Source: Macrostomum lignano (lineage: Eukaryota). From it: a stretch of DNA of 64,000 bases. Shown here one piece after another: positions 51,487 to 64,000 of the stretch; positions within the stretch are counted from its first letter, which is position 1; every line of letters starts with the position of its first letter. The notes beneath the pieces were generated by a model. It saw only the letters and a list, made by a program, of their open reading frames with translations. It had not been told where the DNA came from and did no database searches. The position numbers were made by a program, and so were the translations under genes. The stretch lies in assembly GCA_002269645.1 (NCBI GenBank), contig NIVC01002395.1:114453-178452 (forward strand), read 5' to 3'.

Positions 51487-52122
51487 TATATCATTATAAA
51501 TTATTAATAGGCAAAAATAATCTTACTGATACCAACAATAGCAACTTGTTTTCAAGAAAAATTGTTGCACTTTGCAATAATAAAAAGATTACTATAATAC
51601 TAAAGTCTTGATATTGCTAAATCAATCAAAATTAACTGGGTATAAAGCTATTAGGGCATGGCATAAGCAAAGGACTAAGCTCTTCTAGATATAAATTTTC
51701 TTATGCTCCCTTTATACTCATATACTACTTACCATTCAACCTAGGTTGAACTGCAGTGGTTTTTGCAGTCAATTTACATTGATTTTAAGCTTAATTTATT
51801 CATTCAAACTTACTTTATACCTAGGTTTTTTGGTATATAGGTGCTATGGCATCCTGACTTTCATTACTATCATGGATTTGGACCCCCTATGCCAAATTGA
51901 CATCCTGTTTTTCTGAAATTGATTTTCTGAAGTGGCTTTTTTTCTGAGCCACTGCACCCATATAATTCTTCATTTTCCAACAGCACCAATGGTGCACCTG
52001 TAGGTGAGCAAAAGTTTAAAAAACTTGATTATACACCCGCGTGTGATGCTGTTCGCAGGCAGGTAGTGCTACTAATTGTGCCCGGAGGTGTTCCACAAAC
52101 CGAGCTGTCACATGTGGCTGGA

Positions 52123-53870
52123 TTATGAAGCTGGTGTCAGAGCTGCGAATGCGGCCTCCATCTTCATAAATGCAACAAGTACCACCGGCGACGGTTCAAT
52201 TAACCCACATGATGCATGTGAGTAGGTCTTGTGCTGGATGTGAATGCCCATAGGTGCGGATGTAATAAGCAAAGAGTTACAAAGCTGACAGTGAAAAACT
52301 TGGCTTTGCTTTAGCACATACCTGCCAATGTACTCAACAGCTTTCAGTGAGGCATTGCTAACAGCCTGCAAGGAGTCCAGCTTTTCTTGGAGCCAGCTGC
52401 TGCTGTGGTGCCTAGTGTACTTGTACAACACTACTTGAATTTGGTGGACCCGCTTTGGTAGTCACGCAGTCTCTGGCACCGGTGGGGGCACAGGCTGCTA
52501 TGATGGCAGCATTGCAGTTGTCGTCTTTGCAGTTGCGGGATGTCGAGTCAGGCTGGGCCAGGCTGCTGGCAGCCATGGACTGCAGGGCACCAACGAAGGA
52601 GCTGATCTCTGGTTTGTCATTAAAACCATTGTGCTGCGTAGCTGAGCGATGCTGTTATTCCTTCATTGTTCAGCATGACCCTGGTTGGCTGAGCTGTTGG
52701 CTGTTTGCATTGCTTTCTGATTTGCGGCCTGTGCCGGCTCACAATCAGTGCTGTTGAATCATGAATGACTGCAGTTAAGGTTGTCAGCCTCTTCGTCATT
52801 GCAAACAACCAAATGTGTCAGGTTGTGCAATGAGGCGGAGTAGATTCAGCTCCCTGTCTGGAACGGTATTCCACCACAAAAGTGTTGTATCTTTGCAAAT
52901 GGCTCCAATGTCCAAGTCAATTCCAGCATCTGCCGCCATCAATTCGCTCCGTCGTCCACTGGAAACCTGTGCATTCGCACAGCCACTCTCGTCTGTAAGA
53001 GATTGTGCTGTATGGTGCAGGTGGCTGCCTGCAACACACATACCGACAGACCATTTTTAGTATATGGATTTAGTATATTTAGATGAGACTTCGAGCTGAA
53101 CTGAGAAACAAAGCTCTAACACTGGTGCCAACACGCGGCTTGTGGAATTTATCTGATGGCACTGCCGGAAAGCTTGCTTCTATTTCTCTGCAACAGCCGC
53201 CACCACTGCATCACTGGGCACTACTAGGCTGCCTTCTTTGTAGCTTTTCAGGTGAATAAAAGCCTTGCTTTCCATGGAGGCTGAAGTGAGGTCGCAGCGA
53301 CAGTCCTCACAGTGGTATTGAGTCTTGAAAAGCTTGAATAGCTTGATCTTTTGTCCTCTCAATTTTGCTGAATCTGCAGCTGAGATGACTGGTTCCCTAT
53401 CAAAACACTACACATTGTCCTCAGTGCAACCTTCTCTCGGCTTCCTCTCCTTCGCAAGTTGAGACATTCTTACTCTCGGACGGGAGCGTCAGTAAGGTTC
53501 TGCTGTTTCTTTGTACAGCTGGAGCGTTGGGTAAGCTGTGGGTATCAGTCTGACACCAGGCTTATGTCTCTGGTCAGGACACACGTACATGCTATCGGGA
53601 AAATGGTGGGTGCACACAATAGCATTCTTCCATCTCGCTTTGTTCTTCTTGCCCAAGAGTTCTGCTCGGAGGATGCGACGAGCCCAATCCTCACACCTAC
53701 AGTTGTTAGGTTTCAGTGAATGACTGTGCGGCAATAGCAGGCAAGTCACGCATTTACATGAACATACCTTTCACGGTTTGCTGGGAATCGACGAAATCTT
53801 GTTTGTGCAAGACATTTTTTGCGTAGTTTTGGCAGCCATATACAGCGCATTGCCTTCTTGATGCTGTCAT
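52123..53870 (-). pseudogene. Decayed THAP-domain / P-element (THAP9-like) transposase
   Basis: THAP pieces (CAVYGC...WARRI...IVCTHHFPD...AYPTL) and P-transposase C-terminal-like pieces (HNGFNDKPEISSFVGAL...NCKDD; VEYIGRYVLK...HCQLC...GLIEPS), broken by stops and frameshifts. Confidence 0.7.
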
Positions 53871-54579
53871 AATGTTACAGTTGTCTCTGTTGGTGCCTTT
53901 GTTGCTGCTAATCACTGCCTCATTCATGTGATAACGCAATCTCAGTCGTCTATGGCACAACCCCTCTAAGCCGCATATGTGTAAGTATAATAAGTGAATG
54001 CTATCTTTTTTCACCTTTCTTCACTTTCTTCAAGTAGCTAAATATGCAAATACTTTTTGCGGCAGATTTTTCTACAAGAGGGCTGATCGGGCATTCTGTA
54101 TTCTGTGGTATTGCTAGTGTTGTGTCAGTCTTGCTCTGTTTGCTGGCAAGCCTCAAAGTGTGAAGTATAAAATCTATCCTTTCTCCATCCTGCCTCTTTC
54201 ATTTAAACTCTGTATCTTGTCCCACTTGACTGCTAGCTACATACAAAGTCAATCTATTTCTTTAGCTGTCTACGGCTAAAACTCTATGCTTTTTTGGGGT
54301 GGGGGCAGATTTTAACAGTGGGTTTTATCATGGACTTAAGTATAGACTTAAGTATAAGCTTGAGAATTTTGATCTACTGCCAAGCTTGGCCATAGATAAA
54401 AGAATTAAAAGCTGCAAAGTATGCGTGTGATATGGGCAGCTAGCCTATCATTTTCTCAAAAAAACAAAAAATAGAGCAAATATACGCTTATGCCACTGGA
54501 CAGAGAGTAGCAAATCAAACTGACACTTAAGATATTGCTGAGTGAACTATCTAGGGTATTTAGTATCTATGGTCTAGAC

Positions 54580-55053
54580 TAGAGGTTGGCAAACTCCAGC
54601 CCACGGGCCAAATTCAGCCCGCAAAGTCTCTCTATCTGGCCCTTGGGTCCTTTAAAACCTTCATAATAGCAATCCAGCCTGTTTAAGGTTTGTGCCTCTT
54701 ATCTTCTCAGCTCCTTTCTCTTTGATATCCTTTGTCCTCTTTTCTTTTCTCTCCTCTCCTTTCTTTTCTTTTCTTCTTTCCTTTATCTTCTCTCTTTTTC
54801 TCTCTTCTTTTTTCTCCTCTGCCCTTTCCTCTTTTCCTTTTCTGTTTCCTTTTCTCCCTTCTCCTCACTTCTTTTCCCTTTTTTCTTCTCTCCCTTCATT
54901 GCTTTCTCCCCTCTCCTCTCCCTTCCCTTCTTTATTCTCTTGACTCTTCTTATTCTTATTTCTGTTCTTTCTCTTCTCTCCCCTCCTCTTGCTTGCAATC
55001 ATGCTCTAGGTTCTCTATCTGGCCCATGAGGTAAAAAAGTTTGCCGACTCTTG
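54580..55053. mobile_element. hAT-Charlie-like MITE with pyrimidine-rich interior
   Basis: Ends TAGAGGTTGGCAAAC / GTTTGCCGACTCTTG; 8-bp TSD GTCTAGAC (54572-54579, 55054-55061), matching the Charlie NTCTAGAN target. Confidence 0.85.
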
Positions 55054-55440
55054 GTCTAGACTATAGATATTTGGACTAGACCATAGACATTTGGAAAACA
55101 TATATCACATAGTATTATATCATCATTGTATATGGTATGGGCACTAATACAAGTTGAAAAACATTTAAATGTTTTGGCCACAGACTACTGCAGCTTTCTA
55201 ACATCAGATATAATGGAACACATTTTAAAATATAAAGTAGTGCCATAGTCCAGATCATGCTTGGTGCATGCCCAAATGAAAATTGAAGTTACAAATTCAC
55301 ACCAAAAAAATTTAGTGCATGCCCACCGTCTTAAATCTATGCCTGTGCTATGACAATAAATGATCTTTTTTGCATTTCAATAGTAAATTATATTTTGTGT
55401 TATATAAAGAATCCTTCTTAGTAGATAATTTGGTTGTTTA

Positions 55441-55706
55441 CAGGGGTGTAGCGAGGGGGATATCGGTATATCGGCCGATACCCCCAAATTTCCAAAGCAA
55501 CATTTTTTTTTCCTTTTTTCAGTTGCAATTGTGACCATTAAGGAAGAGAAAGGTATCCAAATCGAAAGAATAACAATTAACAAACAAATAGAGTAATTAT
55601 ATTATTTTGCACTAGAAATACATTAAGGGGATATATGGATCTCAAGCCCTTGCCTTCTGATAACAGCTAACCGATACCTCCCAAAAAAATCCTGGCTACG
55701 CCCCTG
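55441..55706. mobile_element. 266-bp hAT-type MITE
   Basis: TIRs CAGGGGTGTAGC / GCTACGCCCCTG; 8-bp TSD GTTGTTTA on both sides. Confidence 0.88.
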
Positions 55707-56819
55707 GTTGTTTATTTATCTTTCTTGACTATAGTATCTTAAGTAGAATATCAACATAAACAAACATTTGTTTAAATGCCTTATTATGAGCTTAAAAACT
55801 AGAAAGCTTGAAATTTATGCTTAAAAAACTTTTCAATATTTTTCCACTTAACACTAACTCTTCTACTTGTAGGCCTTACTTTTACTAAATGTACCCTCCT
55901 GGTTTCCTGTTGAATTACTATTAATTACATTGAATTATACTGGCCAAACAGGCTTTTTGCCTAAGCCAAACTTACTACTCCACTACTACTATTACTACTA
56001 AGTTTGAATCTTGAAATATTTTCTTAACTTTGGCATGCAGTCTGCGCATAATTATTTTGGGATTTTGAACTTTGGTATAAATTGGCATACACAGAAAAAA
56101 TTTGCATTCATCATTCTGGTATATACTGGACTTCCTGATTATAGATTTTCTAGTATTTAATAGTATTAAATATAGATTATGTCTAGAGTCTAGTAGTAGT
56201 ATGTCAATTCTAAAATTTAAATATTAAGTTTGTAAAAAAATAAATGGGCCTAGTAACAATGAATTTTGAAGTTTTGTATTAGGCCTAGTATAAAATAAAA
56301 GGCAAAAGCTCTAAATTACTAAAAAATGTTCAAAAATAAGTCCATAGCATAGGCTACATTGGATTGGATACAAAACTTCAAAAGCTATAGTCATAGACAA
56401 TAATCCAACAGCTTATAGGCCATATAGACCTAATGCTATTCTAGCACTATAGTTCATAGGATATGTGCATTACACAGGAATTTTGTAGCCCCTTTTGGAA
56501 ACACTGGGAAAAAAGCTAGCTAGAGCCTAGAGGTTAGGTTGGTAACATCGGCATACTGGCGTACACGAAGAAAGTTGAACTAGCCGCACTGGACTGTAGC
56601 GTTGGTAGGTGCAGCGGGCATAGGCCTATATCTGTGTTATTTGCATATAGATGATGCACATTGGTGTACATCAATAGAATATCTGATACTGCAGACGCAG
56701 GTCCAGGCATAGCAGACTTTAGTTAGCGTAATAATTTAATTCGACCAGTAAACAAACTTTGACAACCCATGGGATTCAAAAAAGCGTTGGTATATTTTAA
56801 CAAAGTAGCTCGATCAAAG

Positions 56820-57020
56820 TGTGAATTGACAGACTGTGTGAATTGACCAACTGTGTTAATTGACAGACTGTGTGAATTGACAGACTGTATGAATTAACTG
56901 GCTGTGTGAATTGACTGACTATGTGAATTGCCTGACTGTGTGAATTGACGGACTGTGAATTGACAGACTGCGTGAATTGACTGACTGTGTGAATTGACAG
57001 ATTGTGTGAATTGACTGATA
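56820..57020. repeat. Degenerate 17-bp minisatellite (GTGTGAATTGACAGACT)n
   Basis: Direct reading. Confidence 0.8.
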
Positions 57021-57116
57021 TATTTCTTTCGTCTCGTCTCAAACTTACAATTTCATTCGTCTATTTTGAAAACATTCTGTGATATATACAAGTAGTATAT
57101 TATGTGGCTATTTATA

Positions 57117-58391
57117 CTTCGGCTGTCCGGAAAATCGTGAGGATGTGTCAATTAAGCAAGAAAGCAGCAAGCTATTGACGTGGGACACAGAAATTTTCAA
57201 TAATAGACTCATATATGTCTATGGTGAAAATTCTTGTTATTCTAGTAGCAAAATTGGGGGCAGGGGCGAGCTCAGTATAAAGTGCTCAATAGCAAATGCA
57301 ACGCGGTGATCAAGCTTGAAAAATTTGACAGGAGTTCTCAAAATGGAAGACTTCCAGGCTTATGCCTATGCTAGATGCCGTCTTGGAATCTCCGCTCTCA
57401 GCTGTAATGACGAGCTGCTCAAAGTTTATGGAGATGCTGCCCCAGGTCAGTCAACGGTTTACAGATGGTTTTTGAAGTTCCGTAACGAAGCATTTCCCCC
57501 GGTCTCAGCTCCTCGGACTGGCCGGCCACGGTCAACAAGGACAGCGGAACTGATCGAAACCTGCCGAGCTCTTATTGAAGAGGATCCAAAAGTTAGTGTC
57601 CGAGACCTCGCTGACTTTTTGGAAGTTGGAAAAACAACAGTGCACGAAATTTTGACTGAGGATTTGCACCTTCGAAACGTTTCTGCTGTCTGGGTTCCGC
57701 ATGCTCTATCCGAGGAGAACAAGACTGCTCGCATCAATTGTGCCAAGCAAATTCGCAGGCTTTTTTACAACGAGGGCATGAAAAACTTTTGCGACAAGTA
57801 CGTGGTGGAGGATGAGACGTGGGTGCACCTGAACAACACTGGCACAAAGCAAAACAACAGGTGCTGGCTTGGCCAAGGGGATCATCGGCCCCATGTTGTC
57901 AGGCACTCAGTCGGCAATGCAAAGACAATGCTTCTGGTTGCTTTTACTCCAAACAAGCGCTTCTCCATTGAATCCACAGCCCCAAAGCAAACTGTTGATG
58001 CAAATGGCATGGTTGAGTTCATTCGGCACACCGGAGACCTATGGCGTACTCTCAGGTCAAGGCCAATTCATCTGTCGGATGTTCTTTGACAGTGGGACAA
58101 TGCGCGACCTCACGTGGCTCGTTCTGTGCAGCAGTACATGGAGTCCCGTGGAGTTCAGCTGGTGTTTCAGAGTCCTTACAGCCTCGACTTCAATTTGTGC
58201 GACTGTTTTTTGTTCATTTGGATGAAGACAGATTTCTCCAGGCGAGTGTTCACGACCACAATGAAGTTCGAGAAGCTGCGTTGCAATGGGCAATAGGCCT
58301 TGACGAAGATTGCTTGAAAAGAGAGGTTCAGCGACTCGTTGACCATTGCCAAGCTGTAATCAACGCAAGGGGAGATTACATTACCAACTAG
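57117..58391 (+). pseudogene. Tc1/mariner (DD34D-type) transposase pseudogene; ATG 57343, in-frame TGA 58087-58089, later frameshift
   Basis: HTH TVYRWF...GRPRS, WVPHAL, VEDETWV, WDNARPH, SPYSLDFNLCD and C-terminal GDY. Candidate left end TA|CTTCGGCTGTCC; no matching right TIR seen. Confidence 0.88.
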
Positions 58392-58959
58392 TGAATGAAG
58401 ACGCTGTCGTCTTCAAAGGTGGGACGATGGGTATATATTGGCTTATTATCTTTTATGGCTATGACCTATTTATTTAACCCAAATTAAGAACTAGTTAAAA
58501 CGCTAGATTGTGTTTTTATCTTTTACGGCTATGACGTATGAAGAACTAAGAAGCTTAATCGGCTACATTTTTAATTTGATTTAATCAAAGTTTATACATA
58601 ACTGTTGAAATATAATAAAAAAAAATATTTATAAAGCAAACATAAATTGCAGCTATATATTTACTGCTAAAATACATCTTACTGACCAATATTTCTAAAT
58701 CCTAAATACCTTACGCCAAATATCCAAAATAAATAGTGCACAATTCAGTCTCGACGAGATCTCGTGCACAGCAGGCCATCCCACCAAGTACCACGAGTAT
58801 TTATAGGACGAAAACTAAAACATGGTGTGAAACTTTTGAGGGTCAATTAGCCACTTGTCGAAGAGCATCCGCGTCGACCTTGTGCTGAGTATCCACTTTG
58901 TTGTTGTGTAGTAAGTGTTGTTAAGGGGCTTGTTAAAGGGGTTGTTGTTGTTGTTAGGG

Positions 58960-61060
58960 TTGTTGCTGGACATCAGGTTTCAATCCGAGCGCCCGGGACA
59001 CGCCTCCTTTGCCGGAAAAGACAGGCGGCTTCACATCATCTGCGTCTATACTCCAACGGCCCCCCTGACCAGCGAAGATCCATGTGAGACAGAAGCCCTT
59101 TACGACTTTCTGGGCTGCATGCTTGATTCAATCTCTGCTCGGGACTCTGTCATTGTCGCTGGTGACTTCAGCTCGCCGTTGCCAGCCGCGACGGCCGCCT
59201 GGTGAAGAACAGCTGTCGCATCCCCAATTCCAACTCACCTTTCCTATCCAGTTTTATCCAGGCCAGAGATCTCTGGCCTGCGCCACCTACCTCACCCGCT
59301 CTGGGCCGACCTGAGAAACCCGGACACGCGGCAGGCCTTCCTACACAAGCTGCTTGCCGAAACTCCTTGCTCCATTCAAGTCCTTCGAGTCTTTTCATCA
59401 CGCTGTTGAGGATGCGGCAGCTCATGTCCAACGGAGACAGGCAAACCACCCAAAGGCCCATAGGACTGCGATCTCATCATCTCCCAGGCATGCAAGGCGT
59501 CATGTGCAGAGCACTGCTGCCCTCCATGGACATGACAGCGACCAAGGCCAGTGCTCCTAACTCTCCACTGACAACTGCCGTCATAGTTCTGCCTGGAGGG
59601 CCATCCAACCAAGCTGACTGGCAGGAAGCCCAGGCCCAACACCATCGTCGGCGCTGATTCCACGGAGCACCGCAAGACTCTGCTGGCCACCGCGAGGTGC
59701 TCAACGCGCCCGTTCCAACTGCGCCTCTTCTGAGAATCTCAGACTTCGCTCCAGCCCAGCCAGGCGCCTTCAACACCGGCCCCATCACTGCAGGCGAGGT
59801 TGACCGAGCACTGAGGACCATGCGAGCTGATGCCGCCGCTGGGGTGGACGCCATCCCTCCAGGGTCCTGAAGCTGGCTGAGCTCACCCAAATCATTACAA
59901 GCCTACTGAACAAGCACTGCAGGCTGCAGCCTTGGAGGCAACGAGGCCGCCTCAGCTCCTCAGCAATGGTGCACCTCTACGATTGTCTTCATCCCAAAGA
60001 AATCTAGCGGGGCATCGCGCTAGAATGCACAACGCCGAAGCTGCTGAACGCGATTCTGCGCAACCGCCTCCTGCCCGGCCTCAACCCGCTGCTGCTGAGC
60101 CCCCAAAGCGGCTTCCGCCCGGGCAGGTCCACCACCGAGCAGGTTGCCACCATCCGCTCTGTCATTGGGGCCTGCAAGACCCGCCAGCGCTCCGTGTCAA
60201 TCATCTTCGTCGACTTCTACAAGGCATTTGACTCCGTGTCCAGGCCTGCGATCGCATGGCTTCTATCTTACTATGGCATACCTGCTATCCTGGTGAGCTC
60301 GGTGATGGACCTCTACCGCGACTCCAGGACTTTTGTCATGTCGAGCGACGGCCCCACAGTAAAGTTCGGCGCCGGCACAGGTGTCCTTCAGGGCGACACG
60401 CTGGCTCCTCTGCCCTTCCTCGTGGTTGTGGACTGCATGCTTCCTTGATACCTCCGCGAGGACGACAGCTACTTGCTGGCCCCACGCCGAAGCTCCAGAC
60501 ACCCTGCTGTTTTGCTGCCCGATCTCGCTTACGCTGACGATATCGCGCTACTCTGCCGCGATCCAGCTGCGCGCTCTCACAAGGCTCTGCGACGAGGGCG
60601 CCCGTGTTGGGCTGCTGGTGAATGCTCGCAAGACGGAGGCGCTGCACGTGGGCACAAATACGGCCCCAAATGGAGACCGCATCGCGATGTGCGAGGACTT
60701 CCGGTACCTCGGCGCCCTGGTGATGAACCTCGATGTCATTGTCTCCGATAGAAGGACTCAGGCCTGGCGTGCCGCGCACCTCCTCAGGAACGTCTTCAAT
60801 TCAGCTGCTAGAGACGACCTGAAGGTGCGCCTGTTCCGCGCGGCCGTAGAGCCGATCCTCCTGTACGGCATGGAGGCTGTGCCGCTGACCGAGACTCGAG
60901 AGCGGGCTCTGGACGCGCTCTTCCGATCGCTGCTGTGCTACGCGCTGGGCGTGCACTAGCCGGAGCGCCTGCCGACCAAGGTTCTGATGACTTGCGCTGG
61001 AGCCCCGCCCCTGAGCGCTACCCTGCGCCGACGCCGTCAGATGCTGCTGGGCCACTGCCT
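58960..61060 (+). mobile_element. Decayed non-LTR retrotransposon (APE + RT, RTE-like)
   Basis: APE fragment IICVYTPT...VIVAGDFS; RT fragments QSGFRPGRST, FVDFYKAFDSV, GVLQGDTLAP, YADDIALL, FRYLG, ILLYG, spread across frames. Confidence 0.9.
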
Positions 61061-63109
61061 CCAGACCCTGGGCTAAAGGATCTTGGCTGAGCGCTGACCC
61101 CCCTCCCGTCTGTTCTGCGAGCGTGTGCGCGCAAGGCGTCTCTTGTGTAACCTCGATATAATATTTACAACGTACAATATTTGTTTGTAGAATTTAATAC
61201 AAGTAGATTCTATAGTTAATAATAAGAATGCAGTTCTTACACAGCTTAAATACATTGAAAGTTCGTCAAGTACTTTCGAAGGATAACTTACAATCCTTTA
61301 GCTAGGATTAAGACGGCCATAGCTTGTTTCCCCGGCTGCATACAGCAAATTCCTGTCCTCGTGGATAAAGGCTCAATAGGAATTATAAAAATTGTTTACT
61401 GGGATAGGACCTTCTACACGAAAACTAGCAAGAAAATTTCATGGAAAATGAGTCTTAATTCATTTTTCCAAATAGATAACTGATTTCCATGGGTCTCGAT
61501 AGATATGTCTATCGAATTCGAAAAATGGCTACTTTGATATCTATAACTATAGCCCTCGGTAGCTACGAGGTTTAAGGATGTTCGTATTGAATGTCGAGAT
61601 GGAGCTTCATAAAAGCTGTTCGAAACTTTTTGAAATTTTCTCACACATAGCTACAGTTATAATTTACAGCTGGGATAACTTTGTTCGCTAGCAATATTTA
61701 AAATTTCCCAAATAGCAAATTGCAATAAAGTTGCTTGCCTTACAGATGCGCTCGTAGGAGGTGATCACAACAATTATAACAAACAATGTAGCGACGTACT
61801 TATTATTATCGAACCATGCATGGCGTCGAGAAATGTCGTTAATTTCTTCTTTTGTCCTCGATCCGATCTATTGCTGATGAATAATGTGTTAGCTTTGGAA
61901 AGAATTTTACCCGCTACTGGCACATGGTCTGCTGTGTGTGGTGACATATTTTCTTTATACATGCGGCTAGATATACTGGAGTCATTTGTGCTCACGTTGC
62001 AGATATAATTTAGCTCCGTACATGCCAGACCTTGCTAAGTTTATAAATGTACTTTTTGCCAACTTTGACTGACCCTATGCGACCCTCGACCTCTCTATAC
62101 TAGCTATAACAGCAAAATGGAGTGTTTGTGCTGCCCTTGTGCTCGAAACGAAAAGGATAAAAACCATGCAAGATAAGACGTTTCAATATTGTAGACACAT
62201 TGGTTGCATTGCATGCAGGTGTGTGTTTTCTACTCCGAAATTTTTTATATACTGTAAGGGAAAGAGCACCGAGATTTTGTCAAGGGTGAAGTCAAATCAT
62301 GCGATTTCGAGAGATGGCCCAATCCGATGTGGCAGGCAGTGACAGCTGTCGCATGACTGCCCTGGATGTCAGCTGCATGCATACTGCACTCTGCACTGAG
62401 GGATAGAAAAAATCTGCTTGCTGCGCGCGCCTAAAAGACGGGAAATGGATTAATGGGAAGTGCAGCGAGACCAGCCAATCCTCGCGAAATCTCCCCAAAA
62501 AAGGGGGAGAATAGGGGAGGAGACTTTGGGAAGAGTGGCAACTGTGGAGCAGTCGCAACTGCCCCAATGTGCAGTGGAGGAAGAACAGGAAGGCATGCAT
62601 TAGCACTGCGCGTTGGAAAGTTGCTGAGAGCTGGGTATATAATCTGTTGTCGCGCCCCACCCTCCAATCTAGGGCATTCTCTCTCCTCTCATCCCTCCGT
62701 TCCATGATCTTGCGGATCACTTGTCCAATATGCATTCTGTCCGCCCTTCATTTCTCTTCCACGCTCAGTTCGCGACCCTGATTCCGCCTCTAGGCGGGGG
62801 TGGCTAGCAGTTCAGAGAGCGGGCCGCTGCACACTCCGTGCAGGCGTCAAGCGGTACGTCACCCTCTTTTCATTAAAGTGACCATTCTAATCGCAAAAGA
62901 CGTCTGTATGCGGCTCGAGTCAAACCAAAACAAACAGATAACCGAGCAGCCGAAAATCTCTCTCCTTTTCTTATTCTCTGTACTGCATCACGCACAAACA
63001 CACAAATAAAGCAGATAAAAAGAGCGTTGTACCTGACAGCTCGTACAACAGAGGCTCTACAGCTACATCTTTGAAGGCCAGATTCTGTACTAGATTTCTA
63101 AACAGAAGC

Positions 63110-63435
63110 ATGGAGAGCCAATCGGTGCCGTCTGAACGCGTCATCGATGGCCTCCGCTATCGAGTCGCTCGACCAGACGATCGCGACGCCATCTGGAAGC
63201 TGATGCTGCAGGATTTCTTTCCGAAGACGCCGCTAAATAAGCACATTGGCGGGGTCAACCCTGAGGATTTAAATATTGATCTGGCACTACCGCCCGGTCT
63301 GCTGGGTCAGGGAGTGACGGTGGTGACGGAGGATCCGAGTAGCGGAGCTCTGGTCGGAGCTCGAGTCTCCTGTCAGGTGCCGAGGCAGAGCGCGAAACGG
63401 CATCCGTTGGTGCTGGACCAGCAGCTTGCGACGAG
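63110..63435 (+). CDS. First coding exon of a GNAT acetyltransferase resembling insect-type arylalkylamine N-acetyltransferase; 3' exons not identified in the window
   Basis: LRYRVARPDD...LQDFFPKTPLN (cf. FFxDEPLN of insect-type AANATs) ...GALVGARVS; AG|gtgtgc donor at 63436. Confidence 0.6.
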
Positions 63436-64000
63436 GTGTGCACTTTTAATGAGCTAATTATCGTATCAGCTCACTAAACTACATGTACCGGATTTAATCT
63501 ACTTCACTATCACTTCAGTATTTCTAGTTGCCGACTTTTCCCGTAATTTACCGTCCATTTACTCGTAATATCGGGAAGATTTTTCAAAAACGTACAGAGT
63601 CATGTCGCATACCATCATGAACATGCCATCACGCGACACCATTGCATAAAATGGAGCAACACAAGGGCTTATCAAAGTTTGCCTTCATATAAGTTTCATA
63701 TTTTGATATTTTTATCGTAAAAATATGCAAAACAACTTCCGAGTCGTCGAGATATTAAAAATTCGTTCATGGCGGTTCAGCACATTTCTTGTGAATTTAA
63801 ACCGTCCTCGATCCAAACCGTTACCACCAAATGTCTCCAGGATGCCAAAATATCAAGCGGGTGCGCTATTTCGACTTAATAATATTACCTAGTCATGGGT
63901 GATATGGACGAATTGCCAAGGAAATTAGAAGAATGGGTATGGGTAATTCTAGAGGCGCACGCAACTACTTGGTCATCGTCAAGGTCTCGATACGCTCGTA

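Overview
Eukaryotic, invertebrate genomic DNA. GC-rich Ala/Gln-rich exons and introns packed with different minisatellites resemble the flatworm Macrostomum; this is an inference, not a database result. Genes whose splice sites and phases I checked by hand: the 3' part of a neuropathy target esterase gene (PNPLA6/7, swiss cheese; 7 exons, +), an ~804-aa uncharacterised 3-exon gene (-), a small uncharacterised 2-exon gene (+), a tetraspanin with a very long Q/P-rich tail (+), ATMIN/ASCIZ (-), NF-YC (-), a CYP4-clan P450 (-) and the first exon of an insect-type AANAT-like GNAT (+). Two findings stand out. (1) A 3-exon, 101-aa secreted prohormone-like gene at 26854-27305 (-) is absent from the ORF track; it has a signal peptide, dibasic sites, a GKR amidation signal and two KR-WWPV peptides. 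(2) A young, apparently intact 3457-bp CAC...GTG DNA transposon (48030-51486) has 226-bp TIRs and encodes a 680-aa Chapaev/RAG1-like transposase; it ends 205 bp upstream of the CYP4 start codon. Other mobile DNA: a P-like foldback MITE, a CORE-like SINE, a decayed THAP/P transposase, two hAT MITEs, a TTAA-flanked MITE, a mariner pseudogene and a decayed LINE. Most long ORFs in the ORF track over repeat arrays are artefacts.
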